64,000 bases of DNA from the NCBI GenBank assembly GCA_048128005.1, contig JBEUKZ010000112.1:744001-808000 (forward strand). Direction: 5' to 3'. Positions within the stretch are counted from its first letter, which is position 1. Each line of letters opens with the position of its first letter. The stretch is from Veleropilina oligotropha. Its lineage: Eukaryota. The notes below the pieces were generated by a model. The model searched no databases. It worked only from the letters and a program-made list of their open reading frames with translations, and was not told the origin of the DNA. Below, one piece after another: positions 42,589-52,888 of the stretch. Position numbers and translations under genes: made by a program.

Positions 42589-42812
42589 TCTACACCGCGG
42601 CGCCACCGTCGCTTTGTTTACTACCGGTGTAACAGCTTCGAGTATACCCCCTGCCCGGACTATAACCCGGGGTTAGAGTGGACTAGCTCAGAATATACTT
42701 GGGTATATTCTGAGCTAGTCCACTTTATACCCCGGAGTGTTATACAGGCTAGCCTGTTACATACCTCCCCAGGCCAGAATATACCATCTAGAATCAGAGA
42801 TTTTACGACCAC

Positions 42813-43120
42813 AGCAGCAGGGGGGGTGACCATACCTTTTATCTGGGGGCGCGGCGAGGGAAATTAAGGCTCCCAGCACTTTTCAGAATTAATATGGATC
42901 TCAACTCAGCAGCAGGGGGGGTGATTGGACTTTTTAGAATGGGAAAATACAGCGCCCAGCACCATTTCAGAACTGAGCTGGTATTACTGTGGAGGGCTAG
43001 GGAGTTTAGACTAGGCCCCGGGGCCCACTGTGGAGGCTCCCAGCTATATTTTGGGACTGAGGGTAGGGCTTGTATTACAAAAAGTCACCGTGTGTACAAA
43101 CTAGGGTAGCCTAGAATAGT
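42813..43120 (+). repeat. Left TIR of copy B
   Basis: Inverted match to 58429-58736. Confidence 0.92.
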
Positions 43121-43910
43121 AAATTAAATTAAACACTTACCTGTGGACATTTCGGCCGAAACTCATATCACTAATCCCCTCCAGCCTTCTACAGCCTTCT
43201 AGAAGCTTTCCACGTACACATTTCCATATATAACTTGTTGACGAGCTCTGTTCGTTCTAGAGCTTTCCACGTACACATACTTGTTGACGATTTCTGAACT
43301 TTCTAGAAACTCATTGCCACGTGACCATGACTCCACTAGATTACGGTCTACCATGTAAACACGGGGACCGATATATTATTTCTGTGCCAAACAAAATGTT
43401 GGGGACCAGACCAAGAAATCTGGGCCAATCTCTCTTGACTTGATCCAGTAACTTTGTATATCTGGGTCGACTCGGGACAGCGAGGTATTTCATTCATACG
43501 CGCAGAAGCAGCCAGACAGCATTTCTATAGTACTATAGAAATGGCGTGTCATGCTTTTAACGACTGTTGCCATTCATAAATCGGGCAAGATAGCTGACTG
43601 GGATATTAATATTATTATTTAATACATTGATGTCTCTCCTAGTGAAGCTCTAAGCGCGGTACAAACTATAACTAATATTACAGTACAATGTACACAAGAA
43701 TATACAGGAGAGACATCAATGATACATACTTAAGCAATAATAATAATAAACAGAATATTTTTTTCGAGTTTTTCAATTTTATCTTTTTTTTACAAGCGCA
43801 ATCAGACAAAGAGGTGAAGCAGCCCCTGCGTGAACTTCAACCAACTTTGAATGGTACAATATACGCAGGGGAAAGCCGGAAAAATATGTTTTAATGCAGG
43901 AGCAGCTGGT

Positions 43911-44342
43911 TTATATGAATATATAGTTACCCGATATTAAAGTACAATTACAGGGTGAGATTTGTCCGACTTTTCTCCACACACCGAAGCAGCCAGACAG
44001 CATGGTATAATACTCCCCATTTTTTCCAGGACATAACGAGGGGGTCGAACACTGGACACATGTGACAGTATCTCTTGGTGTGGCAGGGCTACAGTCATTC
44101 TCTCCGATAATAAAATAGTGGCATGACGGTGGAGAGACATCAGGGGTGGGGTCTCTACCCGGGCGTAGTAGCAAGTTTCTTCGCAAGTGATCGAATCGGG
44201 GGTTATACCTGGGATGATTTCGGTACCTAGTCCACGTATGTTCCAGAATTAATGCAGTGTTGTGTGTCGACGCCTGGGTAGACACACCCCCTAGCCAGCA
44301 CACCGCGGCAATACACAGTAGCATAGATTTCATGGATTTCAT
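43911..44342 (-). CDS. Secreted cysteine-rich protein (copy B)
   Basis: Homolog of 20589-21020. Confidence 0.72.
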   Translation of the reverse strand: MKSMKSMLLCIAAVCWLGGVSTQASTHNTALILEHTWTRYRNHPRYNPRFDHLRRNLLLRPGRDPTPDVSPPSCHYFIIGENDCSPATPRDTVTCVQCSTPSLCPGKNGEYYTMLSGCFGVWRKVGQISPCNCTLISGNYIFI

Positions 44343-44424
44343 GGTTGTCCAGATATCACTGTCGATTTCTAGCTTTAATACGGGGGAGGAGCGGGGTAGT
44401 CGTGGCTACGCTCAACCTGGATAG

Positions 44425-45060
44425 TTAGTCGCCAGCTCCGATTTTTTTCAGCAGCTCTGCGCGACCCTCTAAACGACCTCGCTCAATAAGCTCGCTTTGG
44501 GTCTGTGAAATCGCGGTGTGCGCCTTCCTACTCTTATCCCGGATTGATGCCTTCATGGCTTGGTATTTTTCCATCTCCCCTGTGACCAGTTGGAATTCAT
44601 CATCAGACATCACCCCGTCCGATAATGCCTTTGAGACGTGGTCGGTTATGGTATTCAGCTTGCTGTCGGCCAGGACTCGAATCTCGTCGTGTTTCTTAGC
44701 CTTCACCCCGAGGCGCCGGCTGATATACTTTCCACCCATACTAGCGAGCCCACACCCTAATGCCGCTAGTTCCAGCACTAGGACGACCGGGGCGGCTACA
44801 ATTGTGGACAGTAGACCAATTCCAGCGCTACCCATACCAAGTGTGGCGACGACTAGTCCGTTATCTATACCGTCAACGACGTTAACACCTCGTCGGTACT
44901 TTTTATATAGTGCAGCCCGAGCATCCCGTTCTCGCTCTAGCTGTCCCTGAAGCTCATTCACTTTCTGTAGTCGGAAAGACTGTGCCTCATGCAGTTCCGA
45001 AGGCACATCGTCACCAAGTTGTGGGTACAGCGTTGGCGCTGAGGGTTTGTTGTCCATCAT
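44425..45060 (-). CDS. PSAP/LYPQL hydrophobic-hairpin protein (copy B)
   Basis: Homolog of 19871-20506. Confidence 0.82.
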   Translation of the reverse strand: MMDNKPSAPTLYPQLGDDVPSELHEAQSFRLQKVNELQGQLERERDARAALYKKYRRGVNVVDGIDNGLVVATLGMGSAGIGLLSTIVAAPVVLVLELAALGCGLASMGGKYISRRLGVKAKKHDEIRVLADSKLNTITDHVSKALSDGVMSDDEFQLVTGEMEKYQAMKASIRDKSRKAHTAISQTQSELIERGRLEGRAELLKKIGAGD

Positions 45061-45407
45061 ACGTGGCTGTATTGTTCCGCCTGTTTGTTTAAAATGTCTA
45101 CTGTAACGTTCAAATACAGAGTGCCGACCCACGGGGCCTTGATGACAAAGGCGAGGGTTAACTTATCCGAATCCAGGCTGAGTTTACTTATGGAACATGC
45201 CTTGGGGCCCCCGGCCGGCTGGACCGGCGTCAGGTGGATCATTAGAAGGGCTGGGTTCAACCCGAACCGACCTCTAGTGTTTGGAAACATGAACTCCCTC
45301 CTCGCCAGCCCCTTATTGGGCGCTACCCCACAATTAAGGACAAAGTGCCACCGGGTCGGGGGGGAAGAGGGCTCGTCTGCAAGCAGGGTCCCGTAGATGC
45401 TGCTCAT
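45057..45407 (-). CDS. Hypothetical 116-aa viral protein (copy B)
   Basis: Homolog of 19524-19874. Confidence 0.68.
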   Translation of the reverse strand: MSSIYGTLLADEPSSPPTRWHFVLNCGVAPNKGLARREFMFPNTRGRFGLNPALLMIHLTPVQPAGGPKACSISKLSLDSDKLTLAFVIKAPWVGTLYLNVTVDILNKQAEQYSHV

Positions 45408-46144
45408 TGTATCGCAAGGACTGCGGAAATAGGCATACCGTGATTGTCGAGCGGTTTACCATCTGAGTCTGTGATGTAAACCTTCAACTCTGTGATTAGC
45501 CCGGCCTGTAGTCGCCGGCCGGCGGGATAGCTATGATAGTGGCCAGCTTCACCGAACATCTGCGACGTGATAGGGACCACCGCGAGAATAGTGCTCGGGG
45601 CGCCGTCCTGCACATTGTGCGTTGTACTAAGCTGCTCCAGGTGAACGTGCAGGGTTGGCGCTATGGCAAACCCGACAGGCTTATTCCCGTCATAAGTCCC
45701 AGGGCGTAGCCACTCGGATCTCTCCGGAGGGGGAGGTGGTTGGCCCTGTACTCCCCGAACCGGTTGGTTCAGATTCCCTGCTTTATCGAGAATAAACGAA
45801 GAGAGGTCTAAGCCGAGGAGTTTTCGTATATCGTCACTTATCGCGAGTCGAGTCCCCTCTGGGACCACGATTCGGGCGAGCCCTGTAGCATGGCTTACAT
45901 CTAGTTGTAGGTTAACTAGCGACCTCTTCATCGTCTTGGCGAGGTCATCGAAGCTGTAGAAACCTGGTGCCACGTCGACCGTGGTATCCGGGGTCTTAAA
46001 GAAGGCTCCGGCATGCACGTTGTGCCAGCCTACCCAATAGTCGAGCGACTGCAAGCTGACACATAGCTTGCCGTCCCGGTTATCAATCGGCTCCAGGAGG
46101 GCAACCGCGGTCCCCTCTTGAACGTTTGTTAATGTGTGAAACAT
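45404..46144 (-). CDS. Minor capsid protein (copy B)
   Basis: Homolog of 18787-19527. Confidence 0.8.
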   Translation of the reverse strand: MFHTLTNVQEGTAVALLEPIDNRDGKLCVSLQSLDYWVGWHNVHAGAFFKTPDTTVDVAPGFYSFDDLAKTMKRSLVNLQLDVSHATGLARIVVPEGTRLAISDDIRKLLGLDLSSFILDKAGNLNQPVRGVQGQPPPPPERSEWLRPGTYDGNKPVGFAIAPTLHVHLEQLSTTHNVQDGAPSTILAVVPITSQMFGEAGHYHSYPAGRRLQAGLITELKVYITDSDGKPLDNHGMPISAVLAIQ

Positions 46145-46151
46145 AGTAGCT

Positions 46152-47435
46152 ATGGCTAAGAGCGCCTTTGCGTTTAATAGGAGTGCGGCCTATCCGACCG
46201 GTGTGGTGTACCCAGCAAAGATCAAAGATGAGCAGCTTACGAGACCAAGCATCAATGTGGGTAATAGCTCAACCACTACATTCGGGGCAACATACCCTGA
46301 CGTCTTTCAGAAATACCGCCTCCCTCATGTCGCTAGTGACGGGCTGATAAGGGATTGGAACAGCACGCCGATGAGGTTCTGGCAGAACAAGGTCAATTTC
46401 GCAGTTTGGTGTGCCACAACAGGTTCCGGAATCTCCTCAGAAGACCACTTAAATGCGACCGACCCCCTCTCCACTGCTGTATTCACCTTCCACGTCTACT
46501 ATCAGGTCAGACGAATCTTATCCGAAATTCAGGCGCCGCTGCCACAGGACCGGACGTGGGATGCATTCGACAACCCGTATGACCGCAGGGCATATGAGAA
46601 GATCTGCAGCGAATTTGGGGTGTCTCCCCATACCGACTGGCGTGTCAAGGGTCCCAACGGCGGACTAGGCACCGCTTACAGCTACTGGACGAACAACGGC
46701 TACCACCCCATCGGACGTGACTATGATCCAAGCCGAATGTCCTTCACCAAAGGTACGACCAACACGAATCTGCACGTGGACTACATCGCGCAAGCGCCTG
46801 CACTTAAAAACGGTTGGGCTACTTTTATTCTGGACAGGTCGGTGGGATTCACGAGGGCCGGCGTGGAAAGGCTCAATGATTCCATCAGGACCTACGTCTG
46901 GGCTATTCTTGGAGCGCAGGCTCAAACGCGTGCAAGTATTCTGGGTAGTGGGACGGCGTTTGACGCACAGAAACAGTTCCTGGCGAACGTGGAAGACGCC
47001 ATCGCATCCCCCGTTGACCTCCCAGCAGCCATCAAACGGTACCAAGAGGTGCTCCAGTATGCGAGGTCCAAAGTGGACTTCGTATTCGGCGTTGGCCTGT
47101 ACATGGCGCCAAGTAACATGCTTCTACGGATCGGGCAGGTGGCTGGTTATAACAATGAGATCGTCGTCGCCACGGAAGACCAGACACTCGGTCTTAATAC
47201 TACGGTGAACGCGGCCAATCCTGTGCCGCCCAACGCCACTGGGGATACTGGAGAAACAGGACTGGTTATTCCACAAGACGCAGATGCAAGCATACCGGTA
47301 GTTACTCCGAAGCATCCAAGCTCTCTGCCAGCTGTGGCCTCAGTGGCGGCTGTTCCAGCGGCACATGACGAGGAGAAAACCGCACTTATCGTGGGCGGCA
47401 TTGTCGTTGGTCTAGCGTTTATTTGGCTTACGTGA
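46152..47435 (+). CDS. Viral protein with C-terminal membrane anchor (copy B)
   Basis: Homolog of 17502-18779. Confidence 0.8.
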   Translation: MAKSAFAFNRSAAYPTGVVYPAKIKDEQLTRPSINVGNSSTTTFGATYPDVFQKYRLPHVASDGLIRDWNSTPMRFWQNKVNFAVWCATTGSGISSEDHLNATDPLSTAVFTFHVYYQVRRILSEIQAPLPQDRTWDAFDNPYDRRAYEKICSEFGVSPHTDWRVKGPNGGLGTAYSYWTNNGYHPIGRDYDPSRMSFTKGTTNTNLHVDYIAQAPALKNGWATFILDRSVGFTRAGVERLNDSIRTYVWAILGAQAQTRASILGSGTAFDAQKQFLANVEDAIASPVDLPAAIKRYQEVLQYARSKVDFVFGVGLYMAPSNMLLRIGQVAGYNNEIVVATEDQTLGLNTTVNAANPVPPNATGDTGETGLVIPQDADASIPVVTPKHPSSLPAVASVAAVPAAHDEEKTALIVGGIVVGLAFIWLT

Positions 47436-48741
47436 CCCACTGTCTAGCGGCAATAAGAAGCAAGCCCCCAACTGATATGACCAGTGCCCACAGGTTTTCG
47501 GCGAGCCACGACGCAGTCTTGCCAATCAGGTTGATTAGCCAGGAGACCAGGCTTCCAAGTATTCCTGGGAGTGCGGCTGCGGCCTTCCCTGCTAGTTTGC
47601 CCAGAATCCGACCCAGGGTCTTCAGCTGCTTTTTTACCCACTCCTTGACCCCGCCCTGACCACTGGGAGGTGGTGGTGTTGGTGGTATGCTCGGCGCTCC
47701 ACCTGTCAGGGCTAGTACCAAAGTCGAGATGGCGAGCCCGATAGCGGTCAGTATTGTTGCGATCGTAACCCCTTGCTCGCGGAACAGGGTCCGGATACGC
47801 TCGGCCAGCGTTGTGTCGGTGTTCAGGATCCGACTTATCATCTCTCGGATCCGGCTGATTTGAGAGCGAAGGGCCTCCCGGCTTGATGATGCTGCCTCTA
47901 GGCGAGCTGCTCTTTCATCATTCAGGTCGCGCAGACGTTCCGCGATCCGTCGACGGATGAACTCATCCACACCGCCCTCTTCATCTGCCTGATCGAGCTT
48001 CATCTTCTCCAGCTCTATGTGTTCATCCAGCGCCGTTAGCTTGGCTAAGTTGTTCGTGAGTTCGCCTCGGATGGTCTGCATCGCCTTATCAAGCCCACGA
48101 AGCTCGCGAAGATTTAATGGAGGGTCCCCCATTGTGCCTAAGATCTCTTCAACCTCGGTATCAGTGAATTTCGTCTCCATCGTGTGGATTGCTACCGAGG
48201 CATCAGTAGCAGTCTGCCCCAAATCCTGAAGTTCCATAGTGTCGACATTAGCGGCCGCACCGCTCAACTCGTTGTCGGCTGTCTGAAGAGCTGCAACCGC
48301 TTTTGAGGACGGCTTTTGTCCCCCCCGCGTCCAGTGTACAAAACCCAACCCTTCACGGATTGCATCACCCCCACCAGGCCGGCCAGCTATTGTTGACAAC
48401 GCCAAGGGGTTGCCGGTGCGAGAATTTATGAGATTGATGTCGGGGTAGTCCGTCATCACCAATTTCCCCCCCCTCCCTAATTTTCCCCTCACATACTTGA
48501 ATTTTGAATAATCTCGCCCCGTGGCTGGGGTCTGCCCCTCCTGTGCCAGGGCTTTGTAGTAGTCGTCAACCACGCCCTGAACGAGCTCTTGCTGAAGACT
48601 GCTGGTTCCTTCCTGTGGCCGTTCCGAAAGAACAGGCATAAACCGGTCGGTGGATAGATCCACATCAGTATCGTCGATGATGGTATCATCGTTGTCGATG
48701 AGATCGTCCGGCTCGAATGCGGGGTTATCGAATTCCGCCAT
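47428..48741 (-). CDS. Coiled-coil TM viral protein (copy B)
   Basis: Homolog of 16196-17509. Confidence 0.8.
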   Translation of the reverse strand: MAEFDNPAFEPDDLIDNDDTIIDDTDVDLSTDRFMPVLSERPQEGTSSLQQELVQGVVDDYYKALAQEGQTPATGRDYSKFKYVRGKLGRGGKLVMTDYPDINLINSRTGNPLALSTIAGRPGGGDAIREGLGFVHWTRGGQKPSSKAVAALQTADNELSGAAANVDTMELQDLGQTATDASVAIHTMETKFTDTEVEEILGTMGDPPLNLRELRGLDKAMQTIRGELTNNLAKLTALDEHIELEKMKLDQADEEGGVDEFIRRRIAERLRDLNDERAARLEAASSSREALRSQISRIREMISRILNTDTTLAERIRTLFREQGVTIATILTAIGLAISTLVLALTGGAPSIPPTPPPPSGQGGVKEWVKKQLKTLGRILGKLAGKAAAALPGILGSLVSWLINLIGKTASWLAENLWALVISVGGLLLIAARQWVT

Positions 48742-48777
48742 TTGAATACATCAGTGGGATACGCATCTAATTCAGCC

Positions 48778-50079
48778 ATGACTAGCGTATACGGACGCAA
48801 GCTTAATCCATACCGCAGGCTGCGTGAGCCCCTCGCAGTCAAGGGCATCCGCCAGTCGGTCACGATTACAAACAATCCATCAACGATTGCCCCGAACCAG
48901 CAGCTCCTGGTTCGGTTCCCTAATCTCGGGGCGAATGACGTGATCGTTCCAGGTACTGCCCACCTTGCATTTACCATCTCACTGACCTCGGTAAATGCGA
49001 ATAGGACTGTAGTGCAAAATATCGGCCGTGCCGTGATCAGAAAGACCACGATAAAGATAAGTGGAAACGAGATCATGTCGATTGACGACTCCGACGTGTA
49101 CCACTGCTACCGCGATCTCTGGAAGACCACCGGGGAGCGCAAGAACGCCCAGTACCAGGGGATTGATACCAGCGATGGACACAACACTACGAAGCATCGT
49201 GTTGGTGCGGCAGACGCCTTTAGACTGTCTGAGGATGTCGCGGTCGCGGCCGCGTACGGTAACCGATTCCGCATCCCGCTGGATTTCGAGCTGTTGGAAA
49301 GTCACATGCCATTCTATCAAAGCGCCCTTGGAGACCGTCTCGAGTATGAGCTAACGTTCAACGACTACTCCCGGACTATCCGGGAGACGGACGACTCCGG
49401 TTCCAGCTATTCCATCGACAATATATCCCTCGAATATGACATGGTAACCCAATCCGAGCTTGCCAGACGGATTCGAAATCAATACCAGGGTCAACTCGTA
49501 ATCCTGTACGACCGTGTTCTCCGGCATCGGAAGCTCACCCTAGACAAGAGCGACTCGTTGTGGAATATGAATGTGAACGTACCGGCGAGGTCGATGAAAG
49601 GAATACTACTGTTGTTCGAGGACCCTGCGAGAGACGCCGCGCCATTCTCTCGCGATACTGAGGCCTTCTATAATCCGAAGATCACAAAGGTCGAGGTCAC
49701 AATCGAGGGTGTCCCGAATCAAATCTACAGCCAGGGCATGCGAACATACCAGATCTGGGAAGAAGCCAAGAAAATGTTCGCCTCCGGCTGCAGCAAGCGG
49801 CATCCTGAGGTCGCGATGGTCGCAAAGGACTTGGAGATGGCAGACGTCACCCTGGGCGAATTTCTGACTAAGAAATTTGCGCTCTGGATCGATATGCGGG
49901 TAACTGACGACGATCAGTTGCACGGGTCAGGCCGGAGGGTCGAGAACGCCAGCGAAGGCATTACTATTCAGATCACTAAAACAGCCGAAGCGGCCGGTCC
50001 ACTGAACGTCTACGAGTTCGTGATCATGGACGCACAGCTGAATATCGAGAATGGCCGATTCGTCGAAGCACTGTACTAA
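48778..50079 (+). CDS. Putative major capsid protein (copy B)
   Basis: Homolog of 14858-16159. Confidence 0.8.
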   Translation: MTSVYGRKLNPYRRLREPLAVKGIRQSVTITNNPSTIAPNQQLLVRFPNLGANDVIVPGTAHLAFTISLTSVNANRTVVQNIGRAVIRKTTIKISGNEIMSIDDSDVYHCYRDLWKTTGERKNAQYQGIDTSDGHNTTKHRVGAADAFRLSEDVAVAAAYGNRFRIPLDFELLESHMPFYQSALGDRLEYELTFNDYSRTIRETDDSGSSYSIDNISLEYDMVTQSELARRIRNQYQGQLVILYDRVLRHRKLTLDKSDSLWNMNVNVPARSMKGILLLFEDPARDAAPFSRDTEAFYNPKITKVEVTIEGVPNQIYSQGMRTYQIWEEAKKMFASGCSKRHPEVAMVAKDLEMADVTLGEFLTKKFALWIDMRVTDDDQLHGSGRRVENASEGITIQITKTAEAAGPLNVYEFVIMDAQLNIENGRFVEALY

Positions 50080-50683
50080 ACGATTTCCGCACACCAAGGA
50101 CCCCCACTCCGCAATCATCTGCGGCCAGACGGGCTGTGGGAAGACGGTTTTCATGCTTGAACTGCTGGAGGGGGAGTATCGAGGCGTCTTCCGGCATATC
50201 GTGGTCCTCTGCCCCACGATCAAGTACAACAAAGCATACCAGTCTTGTCCGTGGATCTGGACCGACCCTGAGGTGTATTTAGTCCCCCCGGGTGAGCGAC
50301 TCCATGACTGGCTGCGGGGGTTCTACCGACTGTTTCAGGGGGAATCAACTTTATATATCATCGACGACTGCGCCGCGAGCAAGGCTATGGCAAAGAGGAG
50401 GGACATGCTGACTTTGTTGGCCTTCAGCGGCAGGCATGCTTCCCAGAGCGTATGGGTAGTGACGCAAAAGTACAACTCGGTCTTGAAGGAGCTCAGAGAG
50501 CAGACCCGCTGGGTCGCGCTGTTCCATTGCAAGGACCGCGACAGTTTCGAGGACTGTCTGCGCGAGAACGATGTAATCCCGTCGCAGGATGAACGGACCG
50601 AGGTTCGCCGGCTGTTGGCCGAGACACGACACGCTAAGCTTCTGTTGAAAACTGATCAGCCCGTTGCTTATAGTGTGCTTTAG
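50051..50683 (+). CDS. Packaging ATPase (copy B)
   Basis: Walker A/B; same protein sequence as copy A. Confidence 0.93.
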   Translation: MADSSKHCTKRFPHTKDPHSAIICGQTGCGKTVFMLELLEGEYRGVFRHIVVLCPTIKYNKAYQSCPWIWTDPEVYLVPPGERLHDWLRGFYRLFQGESTLYIIDDCAASKAMAKRRDMLTLLAFSGRHASQSVWVVTQKYNSVLKELREQTRWVALFHCKDRDSFEDCLRENDVIPSQDERTEVRRLLAETRHAKLLLKTDQPVAYSVL

Positions 50684-50736
50684 CAGCTACTTGGCTAGCC
50701 CTAACATCTACTTAGCAGCTACTTAGCTAGCTAGGC

Positions 50737-51495
50737 ATGTCGGACGCGGTATACATAGCTTTTGCTTTCAGCCAGGGCCTGATCTTGTTGCTACTCGTAA
50801 CGTTGTGGTATTGGCATTATCGCTATATTAGACTGGCGAGGAGATGTTGGAAACGCTTAAGGATGGACAGCCTCATCGATCAACTCATGGATGACGAGGA
50901 AGAAATGACCGTGAGCAGCAGCTCACCCCGCTCGACGACCAAACGCTGCTCGCAGCACGAGGAACCTGAAACTGGCTCCATAGGGATGGCAAAGAAACGG
51001 GAGAGGCTTGCAGCATTAGCCGTTGGAGGGGCCCACAGATACATGGGGCGTAACCTCACAGTGGACCGAATCGACGATATGACTGACGACGAGGTTGAGA
51101 AACACCACGCACGGTATGAAGCGAAGCTAGGTGCTGACATGACGAAGACCCTCGGGGCCGCTGCTATACAGCTGTATGCGGGTGCAGCTGGGATGTTCCT
51201 GCCCATTCCACCAGCAAACCAGCTACGACTGATCGCCGACCTGGAGGCCGACCCGTTCATCTCACATGCCCTGACCACTGCAAGCTGTGAGCTGTATTAT
51301 AAATATGGCATGTACCTCGCACCGCTGACCGCAGCGTTGACCACGGCTAAGCACTGCCAATTTGGACATGTTTGCCCGCCTAAGATACCAGATCAAGATG
51401 ACAACGCCGGAAGTGGACCAAGTGATCGAGAGACAGCCGATCGAGAGCCAGCCGATAGAGAGGGTGACTTCTTCGACGGACTCATCAGTGAGTAA
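50737..51495 (+). CDS. Hypothetical viral protein with N-terminal TM (copy B)
   Basis: Homolog of 13472-14212. Confidence 0.75.
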   Translation: MSDAVYIAFAFSQGLILLLLVTLWYWHYRYIRLARRCWKRLRMDSLIDQLMDDEEEMTVSSSSPRSTTKRCSQHEEPETGSIGMAKKRERLAALAVGGAHRYMGRNLTVDRIDDMTDDEVEKHHARYEAKLGADMTKTLGAAAIQLYAGAAGMFLPIPPANQLRLIADLEADPFISHALTTASCELYYKYGMYLAPLTAALTTAKHCQFGHVCPPKIPDQDDNAGSGPSDRETADREPADREGDFFDGLISE

Positions 51496-51889
51496 AAAGG
51501 ACCCGAAAAAAGTGGCTGCAGGTCGGGCCGGCGCTGCTGCTCGAAAAGCCAAGCAGGAGAAGCTACTGGCCGCGGTTCGAAAAATGAAAGAAGACCTGAG
51601 TGCCCCAACAAGTGTTGTCGTTCCATCAGAACAGCCCGGGGAGGCGGTTCCAGCCGCAGAAAGACCGTGTGCGCCAGATACACGGAAATCGGACCCATTT
51701 AATTGGACCCAGGTAGCCGTCGCTGCCGGTACGGTTGCGTTGGTATTTGTTGTCTGGAAGACGTCCTCAGAACGCAGCAACCCTGGTCCATCCACACCAC
51801 ATCAACAGCCACCAGACGCGGACGCTCGGTGCTCTCGGGCCGCCCCCACTATCGAATTGAAGAAGCAGAACCCTTTTCATATGCAATAG
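51398..51889 (+). CDS. Basic/TM viral protein (copy B)
   Basis: Homolog of 13078-13554. Confidence 0.72.
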   Translation: MTTPEVDQVIERQPIESQPIERVTSSTDSSVSKKDPKKVAAGRAGAAARKAKQEKLLAAVRKMKEDLSAPTSVVVPSEQPGEAVPAAERPCAPDTRKSDPFNWTQVAVAAGTVALVFVVWKTSSERSNPGPSTPHQQPPDADARCSRAAPTIELKKQNPFHMQ

Positions 51890-51925
51890 TCGCAAACGGT
51901 AGCATTTCTATAGTACTCAACAGTT

Positions 51926-52165
51926 ATGACTACCCCAATCACTGATGGAAAGATGCTCGGCAACGCTGTATACCACGCCGCTATAGTGTCAGGCCTCGCC
52001 ATAGGCTACGCACGCCTGACAAAGATGGTATTCAAGGGAGCGAGCCCCAAACTGGACTTCACGGGGTACGATGTCGGGATGGTCGTCCTCGACGTATCGC
52101 TCGCCATGGCGACGAAAGACATGCTGATCAAGCAAGGCATCATTCCGGCCGATATATTGAAGTAG
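51926..52165 (+). CDS. Small viral membrane protein (copy B)
   Basis: Homolog of 12813-13052. Confidence 0.78.
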   Translation: MTTPITDGKMLGNAVYHAAIVSGLAIGYARLTKMVFKGASPKLDFTGYDVGMVVLDVSLAMATKDMLIKQGIIPADILK

Positions 52166-52196
52166 TGGGACCTTGCTAGATAATCGCAGCATTTCA

Positions 52197-52625
52197 ATGG
52201 CTTCCATTGCGATGCTGGTTGGGGGCGCTCTCGTCAACGCCCTCGCCTTCAGCGGCTCCAACTTCCTCTTCTCGAAGCTACGCAGCTCCGGTGTCGATGC
52301 GGAGCGTAAACGCCACGACATTGCTGTAGAACAGCTCAACGCTGCTCAGACTAAATGGTCACAACAGAGGGCAGAGCGTCTCGACTGGCTGAACGTTGAA
52401 CTTCGCCGCCAGGGTCATGCCGTTGGCACATTCCGGGATGTTGACGCCGCGATCCGTGAGTATGCATTGATCACCGGCAAGAACCTTGACCCCGACCTGG
52501 GGGGTGGCCCTGAGCCCGCCCTGTCTGACTACTACACACCGAGCGATGCCCAGAAGGGACGTGAGATCACCTTCATCATCCTCGGGATGGCTGCGACTGG
52601 GTTGGTCGCCTACAAGCTCGCCTAA
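52197..52625 (+). CDS. Viral membrane protein, 142 aa (copy B)
   Basis: Homolog of 12353-12781. Confidence 0.8.
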   Translation: MASIAMLVGGALVNALAFSGSNFLFSKLRSSGVDAERKRHDIAVEQLNAAQTKWSQQRAERLDWLNVELRRQGHAVGTFRDVDAAIREYALITGKNLDPDLGGGPEPALSDYYTPSDAQKGREITFIILGMAATGLVAYKLA

Positions 52626-52666
52626 TTATTTCCAGTGGACATTTTTTTCGTGTGCCAGGTATAGTA

Positions 52667-52888
52667 ATGGGGCTCCCAGAAGAGCTGTACTGCGCTATGC
52701 TTGCGGTCGGCTATAGTACTACGTTACTCGACTGCTGGCGCCGCGACGAAAAGACTATGGTGCGGTTCGCGGTCCTGGTGCTCTCGGGCCCGACCAACCT
52801 ACGGGCGACGACTGCGCAGCGACCGGCTCCGGAAGCTGAAGCCTGTTGGAGACTGATCAGTTTACTGGAATACATTGCTGATGGATAG
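52667..52888 (+). CDS. Hypothetical 73-aa viral protein (copy B)
   Basis: Homolog of 12091-12312. Confidence 0.5.
   Translation: MGLPEELYCAMLAVGYSTTLLDCWRRDEKTMVRFAVLVLSGPTNLRATTAQRPAPEAEACWRLISLLEYIADG

Noticed and set aside
42293..42676. 127-aa repetitive ORF
   Set aside because: Translation of the 14-bp minisatellite
42894..43109. ORFs within the TIRs (also 58440-58757)
   Set aside because: Not preserved in copy A, which has a stop in the equivalent frame
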